DNA from: Pyrinomonadales bacterium
GTDB lineage: Bacteria > Acidobacteriota > Blastocatellia > Pyrinomonadales > Pyrinomonadaceae
Direction of reading: 5' to 3'
Assembly (NCBI GenBank): GCA_038245555.1
Contig: JBBRSH010000006.1
Span: 7,151-71,150 of the forward strand
DNA length: 64,000 nt
Below, in pieces: positions 6,854 through 14,960 of the stretch. A program made the translations under genes and the position numbers. Below the pieces are notes generated by a model. The model was given only the letters and a program-made list of their open reading frames with translations. It searched no databases and was not told the origin of the DNA. Numbering within the stretch: position 1 is the first letter of the stretch; each line of letters opens with the position of its first letter.

Positions 6854-8905
6854 CTAGTAGACGTATGCGTTAGGGGCAGGCATGTCGCCGTTTGAGCCGA
6901 AGTTGACGGCGGCGAAACCTGTGGTTGAACGCTGTTCGAACCACGTGCCGCTGCTTGGGCGAAACACTGCGACGTCGGCCTTTCCGTCACCATCGTAATC
7001 GCCCGGTGCCGGCAAGTCCGTCGATATGCCAAATCCCGCTCCGTAGAAAGAGAGGTCTTCGCTTCTGAGGACATACCAGATTCCCGTCGACGGTCTCCAG
7101 ACCGCCACATCCGTTTTGCCGTCGCCAGTGTAATCGGCCGGTACGATCTTATCGCCCGCCGCCCCAAACTGGATGGCAGAGAACGATCCATCCCCACTGT
7201 TGAGGAGATACCAATAATGTGTCGACGGCCGGTAGACCGCGATATCGCTCTTGCCGTCGCCGTCAAAATCACCAATGGCCGGCTTGTCCTCGGCAATTCC
7301 AAATTGCACCGCCGAAAAGCCCGCGGTCGATTGCTGCAGGTACCAGGTGCCGGTCGAGGGCCGGAACACAGCCGTGTCCGCCTTTCCATCGCAATCAAAA
7401 TCTCCGGGTGCCGGAATGTCTCCGTTTGATCCGAACTGAGCACCGAAAAACGTGTTGTCCTCGCTCCTCAAAACATACCAGGTCCCGTTCGACGGCCTGA
7501 ACACAGCAACATCCGTCTTGCCGTCACCTGTGTAATCGCCGGGTACGATAGTATCCGCCGCGTCTCCGAAACGAGATGCGACAAATCCGTCCTGCGAGCC
7601 CTGGATATACCATGTACTGTCCGCCGGCCGGTAAACGGATGCATCTGCTCTGCCGTCGCCGTCATAATCGAAAAGAGTGTACGTGAACGTCCGCTCGAAC
7701 GCTCCAATGTCGGACCCGTTGCCCGGAGCCGCGTTTGGAGTTCTGGGATCGTCATAGGGCCGCGTTCGTCCACGCTGGTCGGTCAAGATCGCGGGGCTGT
7801 TGCCCTTATCGATCGCCGGGCTGCGGTTCTGAAGAGCCCGTGTCAAGGTCGCTCCGCCGTTGTCGCGGAGTGCTCCGATACGGGGATCGATCGGGTTTGC
7901 TGTGGTGCCGAGCTGATTTGTCGTTCCGCCCAGGCCTTCGCTGCCATCAGAGTTGCCGACGAGGTTGAATGTTCCGCCGAATGCCAGTCCGAGGCTCGCC
8001 CGTCCCACAAGGTCGGGGCCGTCCGTAGCAAAATTCAACGCGATAAGATCATTGTTGAGCGTGGCGGTAAACGTGTTGAAGACGCCGCCGCCTTTTGCAG
8101 CGACATTGGCCGTCACCGTCGTGTTCGTGAGATTCGCGGTGCCTGTATTGTAAATGCCTCCGCCGCGATTTGCGGCGCTATTTCCGTCGAAGGTGCTGTT
8201 CGCCGTATTGATCGTTGTACTTGTCCCGCCATAGACGGCCCCGCCGCTGCCGCCATTACCGGCGGTGTTAGCGTTGAGCGTGCTCCCCGTGATATTTAGC
8301 GTTGCGCTGTCGAACATGAATATTCCGCCGCCGTCTTGGCCGGTGTTTCCACTGACGGTCGAATCGGTCAGCGTCAACGTCGCACTATCGAGCATGTATA
8401 TGCCGCCGCCGTTGCCCGCGGCAAAGTTGTTTTTGACGGTGCTGTTCGTAAGCGTCAGCGTGCTGCTGTTGCCCATCAGAATGCCGCCGCCAAGGCCGTT
8501 GTTCGCCAGGCCGTCGCTGATCGTCAGATTAGTCATAGTGACGACCGCACTATTGACAAGTGTGAACACGCGAAAACTGCCGTTCCCCTTAATTGTGAGA
8601 GCCTGCGGTTGCGTGTTGTTGATCGTGATCGCCGCGAGCGGGAGATCGGGAAGCGGGGTCAGCAGGCTGATCGTGAACCGATTTTCCGCGACGCTGTAGC
8701 CGGGGTCGGTGGTGAGGATGTTGAACGAGACCGTGTTGGCCGCGGCGTTGGTGGTAGCGTCGATGATGGCCTGCCGGAGTGTTCCGGCGCCGGCATCGGC
8801 CGTTGAGGAAACGGTTAGGGTTGCAGCCTGTATCGCAGCGGCGCCAAAGATAAGGCACAACGCGAACAGACCAATCTTTACGAAGGAGTTTTTAAGTAGG
8901 GACAT
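6854..8905 (-). CDS. secreted repeat protein with an N-terminal right-handed beta-helix (CSLREA-like / polymorphic-membrane-protein-type GGG repeats) and six C-terminal FG-GAP/VCBS-like repeats
   Basis: 683 aa. Signal peptide MSLLKNSFVKIGLFALCLIFGAAAIQA. GTLRQAIIDAT, then repeated NxGGGIxxxxSxxTLTNSTVxxN units. Six units of about 44 aa follow the pattern DYDGDGKxDxAVFRPSxGxWYxxxSxxxFxxxQFG. Confidence 0.85.
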   Translation of the reverse strand: MSLLKNSFVKIGLFALCLIFGAAAIQAATLTVSSTADAGAGTLRQAIIDATTNAAANTVSFNILTTDPGYSVAENRFTISLLTPLPDLPLAAITINNTQPQALTIKGNGSFRVFTLVNSAVVTMTNLTISDGLANNGLGGGILMGNSSTLTLTNSTVKNNFAAGNGGGIYMLDSATLTLTDSTVSGNTGQDGGGIFMFDSATLNITGSTLNANTAGNGGSGGAVYGGTSTTINTANSTFDGNSAANRGGGIYNTGTANLTNTTVTANVAAKGGGVFNTFTATLNNDLIALNFATDGPDLVGRASLGLAFGGTFNLVGNSDGSEGLGGTTNQLGTTANPIDPRIGALRDNGGATLTRALQNRSPAIDKGNSPAILTDQRGRTRPYDDPRTPNAAPGNGSDIGAFERTFTYTLFDYDGDGRADASVYRPADSTWYIQGSQDGFVASRFGDAADTIVPGDYTGDGKTDVAVFRPSNGTWYVLRSEDNTFFGAQFGSNGDIPAPGDFDCDGKADTAVFRPSTGTWYLQQSTAGFSAVQFGIAEDKPAIGDFDGDGKSDIAVYRPSTHYWYLLNSGDGSFSAIQFGAAGDKIVPADYTGDGKTDVAVWRPSTGIWYVLRSEDLSFYGAGFGISTDLPAPGDYDGDGKADVAVFRPSSGTWFEQRSTTGFAAVNFGSNGDMPAPNAYVY

Positions 8906-9230
8906 ATTTTTTGTTCTTATCGACGGTCGAATTAGAATCTTTCAGCAGAATTGACTCAAGCGGTAGACCTAGGTCCTAGACGAAGCCTGTAAAACCACGT
9001 TAGCAGATATTAAACAGATCGCTTTGTGTGTTTGCGTACAAACGAAGAAAATCGTGATCGCATGCAAGTGCCAGGTCAGGTCGTGCCCCGAGATTGAGGA
9101 TCTGGGTAGGATATAGTGGGTTCGCTCGGCTTGTAGACAAGATAATTTTTTTTGATCAGTCGCAGGGTCTATCAGCGGGTTGGCGATACCGTGAGTCGAT
9201 CATTTTCATTGCCAACCGCGGGCCAAAGGA

Positions 9231-9393
9231 GAATCAGGGTCTGGCCTGTTATATTGACTATTTGTGGCGGTCTGTTCGTCGTTTGGCTAAAGCCCGGATC
9301 CTTTTTTGATCTCGTATTCATTAGCTAAAGCAGTGGCAATTCATTCGCCGGTCACGTGCCCTACATCTGCGTGGCTAGGTGCCGTTGGGAATG
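9231..9393 (+). repeat. full copy of the intergenic repeat of about 160 nt, upstream of the beta-helix/FG-GAP gene
   Basis: See 6435-6511 and 6653-6792. Same orientation as both. Confidence 0.85.
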
Positions 9394-9445
9394 TGTCATC
9401 ATTGCAAATATTCTGCGTCCTTGACACACGTGGTAAGATTGAAGG

Positions 9446-9501
9446 TGGTTTTTGGTTTTTGATCTTAGGCCTTTGATGTCTGAAAATTTGATCTTTGGTC
9501 T
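9446..9501. repeat. degenerate array with 7-nt periodicity (TGGTTTT TGGTTTT TGATCTT AGGCCTT TGATGTC TGAAAAT TTGATCT TTGGTCT)
   Basis: Read directly. Eight units in register. Confidence 0.6.
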
Positions 9502-9531
9502 TCGGCCGAAAGTGAGTCTGGAGTCATTCTG

Positions 9532-9587
9532 GAATGATGAAGCTTCATAAATTATGAATGCAGAATATCGAATGATGAATGTAGGAT
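9532..9587. repeat. degenerate array with 7-nt periodicity (NNNGAAT type: ..TATGAAT GCAGAAT ATCGAAT GATGAAT GTAGGAT) containing the palindrome ATGAAGCTTCAT (9536-9547)
   Basis: Read directly. The GAATGATGAA motif recurs (as its reverse complement) at 63584-63612. Confidence 0.6.
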
Positions 9588-9976
9588 CGGTCTTGGTGTT
9601 CCAGCAAAGTTGCTTGTTTAGCGAGGGGCGACGATCTGTTAACCCTTGTAGTTAAGGCACTTACGAAAATTTGTGGGACACGTGTGGTGTGTTTTGTTCA
9701 AACCTCGCCGAACGCACTTAAAATATGGTCGTAACCCTCCTAATGACAACGGTTACAACGTTCGAAGACGTCCGCGAACGTTCACGGAACGCTTCGAACG
9801 GTAAGGGATCGATCATTAGAGGGGACCTTTCCTGTTTCAGACTGTGGCGATCTGTGACACAAGCGGAATTTTGCCACTGATCGACGATATATTGCCGAAT
9901 AGAACACGCTATGTTTGAAATGAATAAACAAACTGCTAACCTAGCCGTCAGATCTAAACTCAAACCCGGAGGCTGC

Positions 9977-12094
9977 ATGCGAAAACTCATTATTCGTCTG
10001 TCGATAGTTGTACTTGTATTTGCCGTGACCGCGTCCGCTCAAAAGCGGAATATGACCGAGAAAGACCTGTTCGATTTCACGTGGGCTGCCGACCCGCAGA
10101 TCTCGCCGGACGGCGGTACGGTCGCCTTTGTTAAGGTGACTGTAAACGCCCAGAAGAACGGCTACGACACGTCCGTTTGGTCGGTCTCCACAATGGGTAC
10201 AGACGAACCACACAGGCTAACGAGCGGCACACGCGATTCGACGCCGCGTTGGTCGCCGGACGGCAAATACCTCGCATTTGTTCGGGCCGGGGAAACAGGA
10301 GCACAACTATATATGCTCTCGATGGCGGGCGGAGATTCGTTTCAATTCACCAGCCTTCCGCGCGGAGCGGGCGGCCCGATCTGGTCGCCGGACGGCAAAT
10401 GGATCGCCTTTGGAAACAGCCAGAACGCCGCCGAGGTCGCACGGGGTGGCAAGCCGGCTCCGCCGCCAGCCGACGGGCACGAGAGTGATGTCCGCGTGAT
10501 AACGCGGGCCGTTTATCGCTCGAATGGCGCCGGCTATCTTGAGTTCAGCCACCCAAATCACCTTTGGATCGTACCCGCTCCTCGTACATCCGAAGACAGA
10601 GTCACACCGACACAGCTTACGAGCGGCGATTATTCAGAGGGCGATTTTGTGTGGGCCAGCGACGGGTCGCAACTTTATTTTACGTCCCGCCGTGTCGTCG
10701 AACAATACTACGAGCTCCCGCAGACCGAACTCTATTCGATCGGAACCTCCGGCGGCACGCCTAACAAGATCACGACCGTAGATCTAGGTTTTGGCGGGAT
10801 GGCTTTGAGCCCGAATGGCAAGCAATTCGCCTTTGCGGCGTCGGTCAATCAGCCGGTCAAATCCTATTCTCAGCCCGATCTCTGGGTACTCGACATCGCT
10901 CCGAATGCACAGCCTCGTAACCTGACCACAGGATTTGACTTCGACGTTTCGTCGGGCGTCGGCGGCGACAACGCCCCGCCCCGCGGCGGTGGTGGTGGAG
11001 GTGTTGCCTGGTCCGCCGACGGCAAGTCACTGATCACCGTCTACGCAAAGGAAGGCAAGGCAAACCTCGGATCGTTTGACGCCGCAAGCGGAAAATTGAC
11101 CGATCTGACGACCGGAAACCAGTCCGTTTCGGGATTCCGATCGACGCCGGACGGATCAAAGACCGTTATCTCGATCTCGACCCCAACGAAGATCGGTGAC
11201 CTGTTCGTCGTTGAGCGCGACGGAAAACCGCGGCAATTGACACGGTTGAACGACACGCTGTTTTCTAAGTTGAACCTGACTGAGCCTGAAGAGATCTGGT
11301 ACACGAGTTTTGACGGCAAAAAGATACAGACCTGGGTGCAAAAGCCGCCCAATTTTGACCCGTCGAAGAAGTATCCCTTGATCCTCAACATCCACGGCGG
11401 GCCGCACGCGGCCTACGGTTACGTTTTCGATCACGAATTTCAATGGATGGCCGCTAAGGGCTATGTCGTCGTCTATCCGAACCCACGCGGATCGACCAGC
11501 TACGGCCAGGAATTCGGCAACATCATCCAGTACAACTATCCCGGCGACGACTACAAAGACCTTATGGCTGGCGTAGACGAGGTGATAAAACGCGGCTACA
11601 TCGACACTACAAAACTCGGCGTGACGGGCGGCAGCGGCGGCGGCGTATTGACCGACTGGACCGTGACCAAGACCGACCGATTTGCCGCCGCAGTATCGCA
11701 GCGTGATATTTCGGACTGGTCGGCTTGGTGGTACACCGCCGATTTTGCGCAGTTTCAGCCAAGTTGGTTCAAAGGTGCTCCGTTCGAAGATCCGGGTTTC
11801 AGGGAGCGATCGGCGATCACGTACGTCGACAAGATCAAGACGCCAATGATGTTCATCCTCGGCGAGGCCGATTACCGGACACCGCCACCCGCGGGCGGCG
11901 AAGAGCTATTTCGAGCACTGAAATACCGGAAAATTCCGACCGTGATGGTCCGTTTCCCCGGCGAGTCGCACGAGCTTTCTCGCTCCGGCCAGCCATGGCA
12001 TCGCATCGAAAGGCTCCAGCACATCGTTGGCTGGTTCGACCACTACCGGATGGGCGTGCCGAAACCGGAATACGAGGTCTCGCCGGTGCATTAG
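9977..12094 (+). CDS. S9-family serine peptidase (prolyl oligopeptidase / acylaminoacyl-peptidase type) with an N-terminal beta-propeller
   Basis: Start chosen at MRKLIIRLSIVVLVFAVTASAQ (signal peptide, GGAGG 4 nt upstream) rather than the track start 9911. WSPDGK propeller repeats. The catalytic region has GVTGGSGGG (GxSxGG) and later GEADYRTP and HELSR. Confidence 0.9.
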   Translation: MRKLIIRLSIVVLVFAVTASAQKRNMTEKDLFDFTWAADPQISPDGGTVAFVKVTVNAQKNGYDTSVWSVSTMGTDEPHRLTSGTRDSTPRWSPDGKYLAFVRAGETGAQLYMLSMAGGDSFQFTSLPRGAGGPIWSPDGKWIAFGNSQNAAEVARGGKPAPPPADGHESDVRVITRAVYRSNGAGYLEFSHPNHLWIVPAPRTSEDRVTPTQLTSGDYSEGDFVWASDGSQLYFTSRRVVEQYYELPQTELYSIGTSGGTPNKITTVDLGFGGMALSPNGKQFAFAASVNQPVKSYSQPDLWVLDIAPNAQPRNLTTGFDFDVSSGVGGDNAPPRGGGGGGVAWSADGKSLITVYAKEGKANLGSFDAASGKLTDLTTGNQSVSGFRSTPDGSKTVISISTPTKIGDLFVVERDGKPRQLTRLNDTLFSKLNLTEPEEIWYTSFDGKKIQTWVQKPPNFDPSKKYPLILNIHGGPHAAYGYVFDHEFQWMAAKGYVVVYPNPRGSTSYGQEFGNIIQYNYPGDDYKDLMAGVDEVIKRGYIDTTKLGVTGGSGGGVLTDWTVTKTDRFAAAVSQRDISDWSAWWYTADFAQFQPSWFKGAPFEDPGFRERSAITYVDKIKTPMMFILGEADYRTPPPAGGEELFRALKYRKIPTVMVRFPGESHELSRSGQPWHRIERLQHIVGWFDHYRMGVPKPEYEVSPVH

Positions 12095-12097
12095 CGT

Positions 12098-12718
12098 ATG
12101 CCTAGCCAGAACCGCGTTACGCCCTTTGGCGAAATAATAGCAACGCCGGAACGCGGGACGATGTACGGCAACCGCGGTTGCCTCGTAAACAGCGATGGTA
12201 GGATCGTCCGCCAGTTTAAAGAGATCCGTTGGCTGATCTGCGTGCTTAAATTCAAAGGACGCCGGCATCCGATAATGGCCCCGGGCCGCTACACCGGGCT
12301 TTTCTTTTTGGACGAGGCGACGGCTTTAGCTACCGGCCATCGTCCCTGTGCCGAATGCCAACGCGAGCGGTTTGAAATGTTCCGTATGAGGTGGGCGATG
12401 GAGAACCCGGAGCGTACAGATTTTCCGCGGCCGCCGGCGCCGGTGATTGATGCGGTTTTGCATGCAGAGAGACTGGGCACAAAACCAATTTGCAAGGATA
12501 TTTACGATCTGCCGGACGGTACTTTTGTTTCGAGTGACGATCGAGACGCCTATCTTTTGAAAGCGGGAAAGCTGTTCCGCTGGACGCCGGGCGGGTATGA
12601 ACTCCCAATAAGCGCCAAAATTGGTTCACCGTTCAAAATATTGACGCCCGCGTCTATAGTCCGCGTTTTGAAAGCAGGTTATCCCGTTGACCTTCATTCG
12701 ACGGTTTTTGGCCCGTAG
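12098..12718 (+). CDS. conserved hypothetical protein with a possible Cys4 zinc site
   Basis: 206 aa, 3 nt after the peptidase stop. GNRGC, WLIC and LFFLDEATALATGHRPCAECQRE; the last block resembles the C-terminal part of the Ada N-terminal zinc-binding motif (AGFRPCKRC). Confidence 0.7.
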   Translation: MPSQNRVTPFGEIIATPERGTMYGNRGCLVNSDGRIVRQFKEIRWLICVLKFKGRRHPIMAPGRYTGLFFLDEATALATGHRPCAECQRERFEMFRMRWAMENPERTDFPRPPAPVIDAVLHAERLGTKPICKDIYDLPDGTFVSSDDRDAYLLKAGKLFRWTPGGYELPISAKIGSPFKILTPASIVRVLKAGYPVDLHSTVFGP

Positions 12719-13008
12719 CGTGCTTTTAACCGACCTGGTCCGTTAAAACTGCCCAATCATTAGTTACAGCAGATTAAGCCCTCACGATCTGAACTGTGGC
12801 TGGCTCGTTCTTCGCCTAGGCACTTACAAATTACTTATCCGGACCGATCCACGTCAGGGATTTCAAGTCAGCGGCCGGCCAACTGCGGGAATGAACAACA
12901 GAGATCGACGAACACTCAACCGTGAGAAATTTCACGTTGAATATCCCCAAAACGGAATCCGAATTGCAGCCGTCGACGAAAGAGTCTTCTTAGTCAACGA
13001 AAGCAAAC

Positions 13009-13593
13009 ATGAAATTAAATACCATACTCATACTCTCGATCGTGATGACTGCGGCTATACTCTCGCTATGCAGCAATGAAGTTGCCGCTCAACAGACGAT
13101 GACCAGCAGTGCCCGGACCGAAATAGTATTTCCGAATGTCAAGGGAAAGAACCTTCTCAAGAAGGAAATGAACCTCCCTCAGGATCTCGGCGGCGAATTA
13201 AATCTTGTGATCGTGGCATTTGAGCGCAAGCAGCAATCAACGATCGATGTCTGGATGCCGCATGTGAAGAAACTCGCCGAACAGTTTCCAAAGCTCCGCT
13301 ACTACGAGATTCCGACGATCGGCAAACAGCCGTTTTTCGTGCGGTCCTTTATCGATGGCGGAATGCGCGGCGGTATCCCCGACCCTAAAGCCCGCGAAGC
13401 GACTATCACGCTTTATCTCGATAAACAAAAGTTTCGAAACAGCTTGGGAATTACGACCGAAAAGAAGATATACCTTTTTCTGGTGGACCCAAAGGGCAAG
13501 GTCTTTGGAACGTGGGAAGACGCGTATTCGGCAGCGAAACTATCGGAGATTGAAAAGAAGATTGGCGAGATGTTTCCGGCGCCTGTGAATTAG
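13009..13593 (+). CDS. hypothetical secreted protein
   Basis: 194 aa. Signal peptide MKLNTILILSIVMTAAILSLCSNEVAAQ. No catalytic motif recognised. Directly upstream of the two permease genes. Confidence 0.65.
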   Translation: MKLNTILILSIVMTAAILSLCSNEVAAQQTMTSSARTEIVFPNVKGKNLLKKEMNLPQDLGGELNLVIVAFERKQQSTIDVWMPHVKKLAEQFPKLRYYEIPTIGKQPFFVRSFIDGGMRGGIPDPKAREATITLYLDKQKFRNSLGITTEKKIYLFLVDPKGKVFGTWEDAYSAAKLSEIEKKIGEMFPAPVN

Positions 13594-13628
13594 ATCACGG
13601 CATTGGCGGTTAAGCCGTTCGGATCTTT

Positions 13629-14945
13629 GTGAAAGCTTCGCAAATTATCGAAAATACAAGTGTGGATCAGTTTGCGAAACAAAATACGATTTCGCAGGAA
13701 TTGAATCTTTTCCGGGAATCAATAAGTATTGCTTTCTCCTCGATCCGCGTTAATCCGACTCAGTCCGGCCTGACGATTGTCGGCATTCTGGTCGGCGTCG
13801 CGGTTGTCGTCATCGTTTCGTCGCTGCTCCAAGGTGCTCAGGATCTAATCGTAAATTCCACCGCAGCTTTCGCTCCAAACGTGGTTCGGATCGAAAAAGC
13901 GTCATTTCAGGATTTCGGTGCGGACGGCCAGGCATTTGCGGAAGCGCAATCAAAACGCCCGGATATATTTGCAAACGATTTGGAGTTCCTGATAGGCAGG
14001 CTTGGCGATACTCTCGAAATTGGTGCTCAATCCGATGCCAGTTTGCCCGCAAGACGAAATGATAAAACCCTCGATGGCGTCTTTATTCAGGGCGTGACAC
14101 CGAATATTACCGAGCTGTCAAATGTGAAGATCGCGGCGGGACGATCCCTGACCGCAACCGACGACCTTTTCCGCCGCCGCGTCTGCATTATCGGACAAGA
14201 CGTTGTAGACGACCTGTTTGGAGGTCGCGTCCCCATCGGCGAAGAGATCAGGATTGGCCAGTTGCCGTATAAGGTTGTCGGCGTTGCCGGGGCCAAAGGT
14301 TCGTCATTTGGCAGTTCGCAGGATGGATTTATCCAGATCCCGCTCGGGACATTCGGGACCATCTTTGGCAGCCGGTCGCGCTCGATCGCTGTATTGGCAA
14401 AAGCCCGTGAACCGGAAAAATTCTCGCTCGAGGAAGTTGAAGAAATGCTTCGCGTCGCAATGCGGATCCGGCATGGCTTAATATCGACCGGAAAGAATGA
14501 CGATTTTAGCCTGGTGACAGCCAAAAGCGTTCGCGCTTTTTCCGGCACCCTGACCGGAATAATCGCTACCATCATATATCCGCTAACCGGCATTTCTCTT
14601 TTTGTTGGCGGCGTAGTCGTGATGAACATGATGCTTTCGTCGGTGACAGAACGTACCCGCGAGATCGGCTTACGGATCGCTTTGGGTGCCCGGAGAGTCG
14701 ATATACTGACACAATTTTTGATCGAAACAACGACCCTCACACTACTTGGCGGCATGATCGGGGTCGTTGTTGCAGCTGGGTTGATCTGGGTGCTGGCTTT
14801 GTCAACGGGACTGCCGCTGACTGTTCCGGTATCATCCGTCTTTTTGGCGATCGGTGTTTCGTGTGTGGTGGGAATAGTTTTTGGCGTAGTGCCGGCTAGA
14901 AGGGCGTCAAAACTCGACCCGATCGATGCATTAAGGTCCGAATAG
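13629..14945 (+). CDS. ABC transporter permease, MacB/FtsX family (periplasmic MacB_PCD plus FtsX domain)
   Basis: 438 aa. N-terminal TM helix, large periplasmic domain, C-terminal FtsX block ERTREIGLRIALGARRVDILTQFLIE..PARRASKLDPIDALRSE. Confidence 0.9.
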   Translation: MKASQIIENTSVDQFAKQNTISQELNLFRESISIAFSSIRVNPTQSGLTIVGILVGVAVVVIVSSLLQGAQDLIVNSTAAFAPNVVRIEKASFQDFGADGQAFAEAQSKRPDIFANDLEFLIGRLGDTLEIGAQSDASLPARRNDKTLDGVFIQGVTPNITELSNVKIAAGRSLTATDDLFRRRVCIIGQDVVDDLFGGRVPIGEEIRIGQLPYKVVGVAGAKGSSFGSSQDGFIQIPLGTFGTIFGSRSRSIAVLAKAREPEKFSLEEVEEMLRVAMRIRHGLISTGKNDDFSLVTAKSVRAFSGTLTGIIATIIYPLTGISLFVGGVVVMNMMLSSVTERTREIGLRIALGARRVDILTQFLIETTTLTLLGGMIGVVVAAGLIWVLALSTGLPLTVPVSSVFLAIGVSCVVGIVFGVVPARRASKLDPIDALRSE

Positions 14946-14960
14946 CGATAAATAAGAGAG

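Noticed and set aside
9071-9082. CCAGGTCAGGTC, identical to the start of the conserved SRP (4.5S) RNA domain IV motif
   Set aside because: The obligatory continuation (CGGAAGGAAGCAGCC) and the complementary strand of the helix are absent. The flanks do not form the SRP hairpin.
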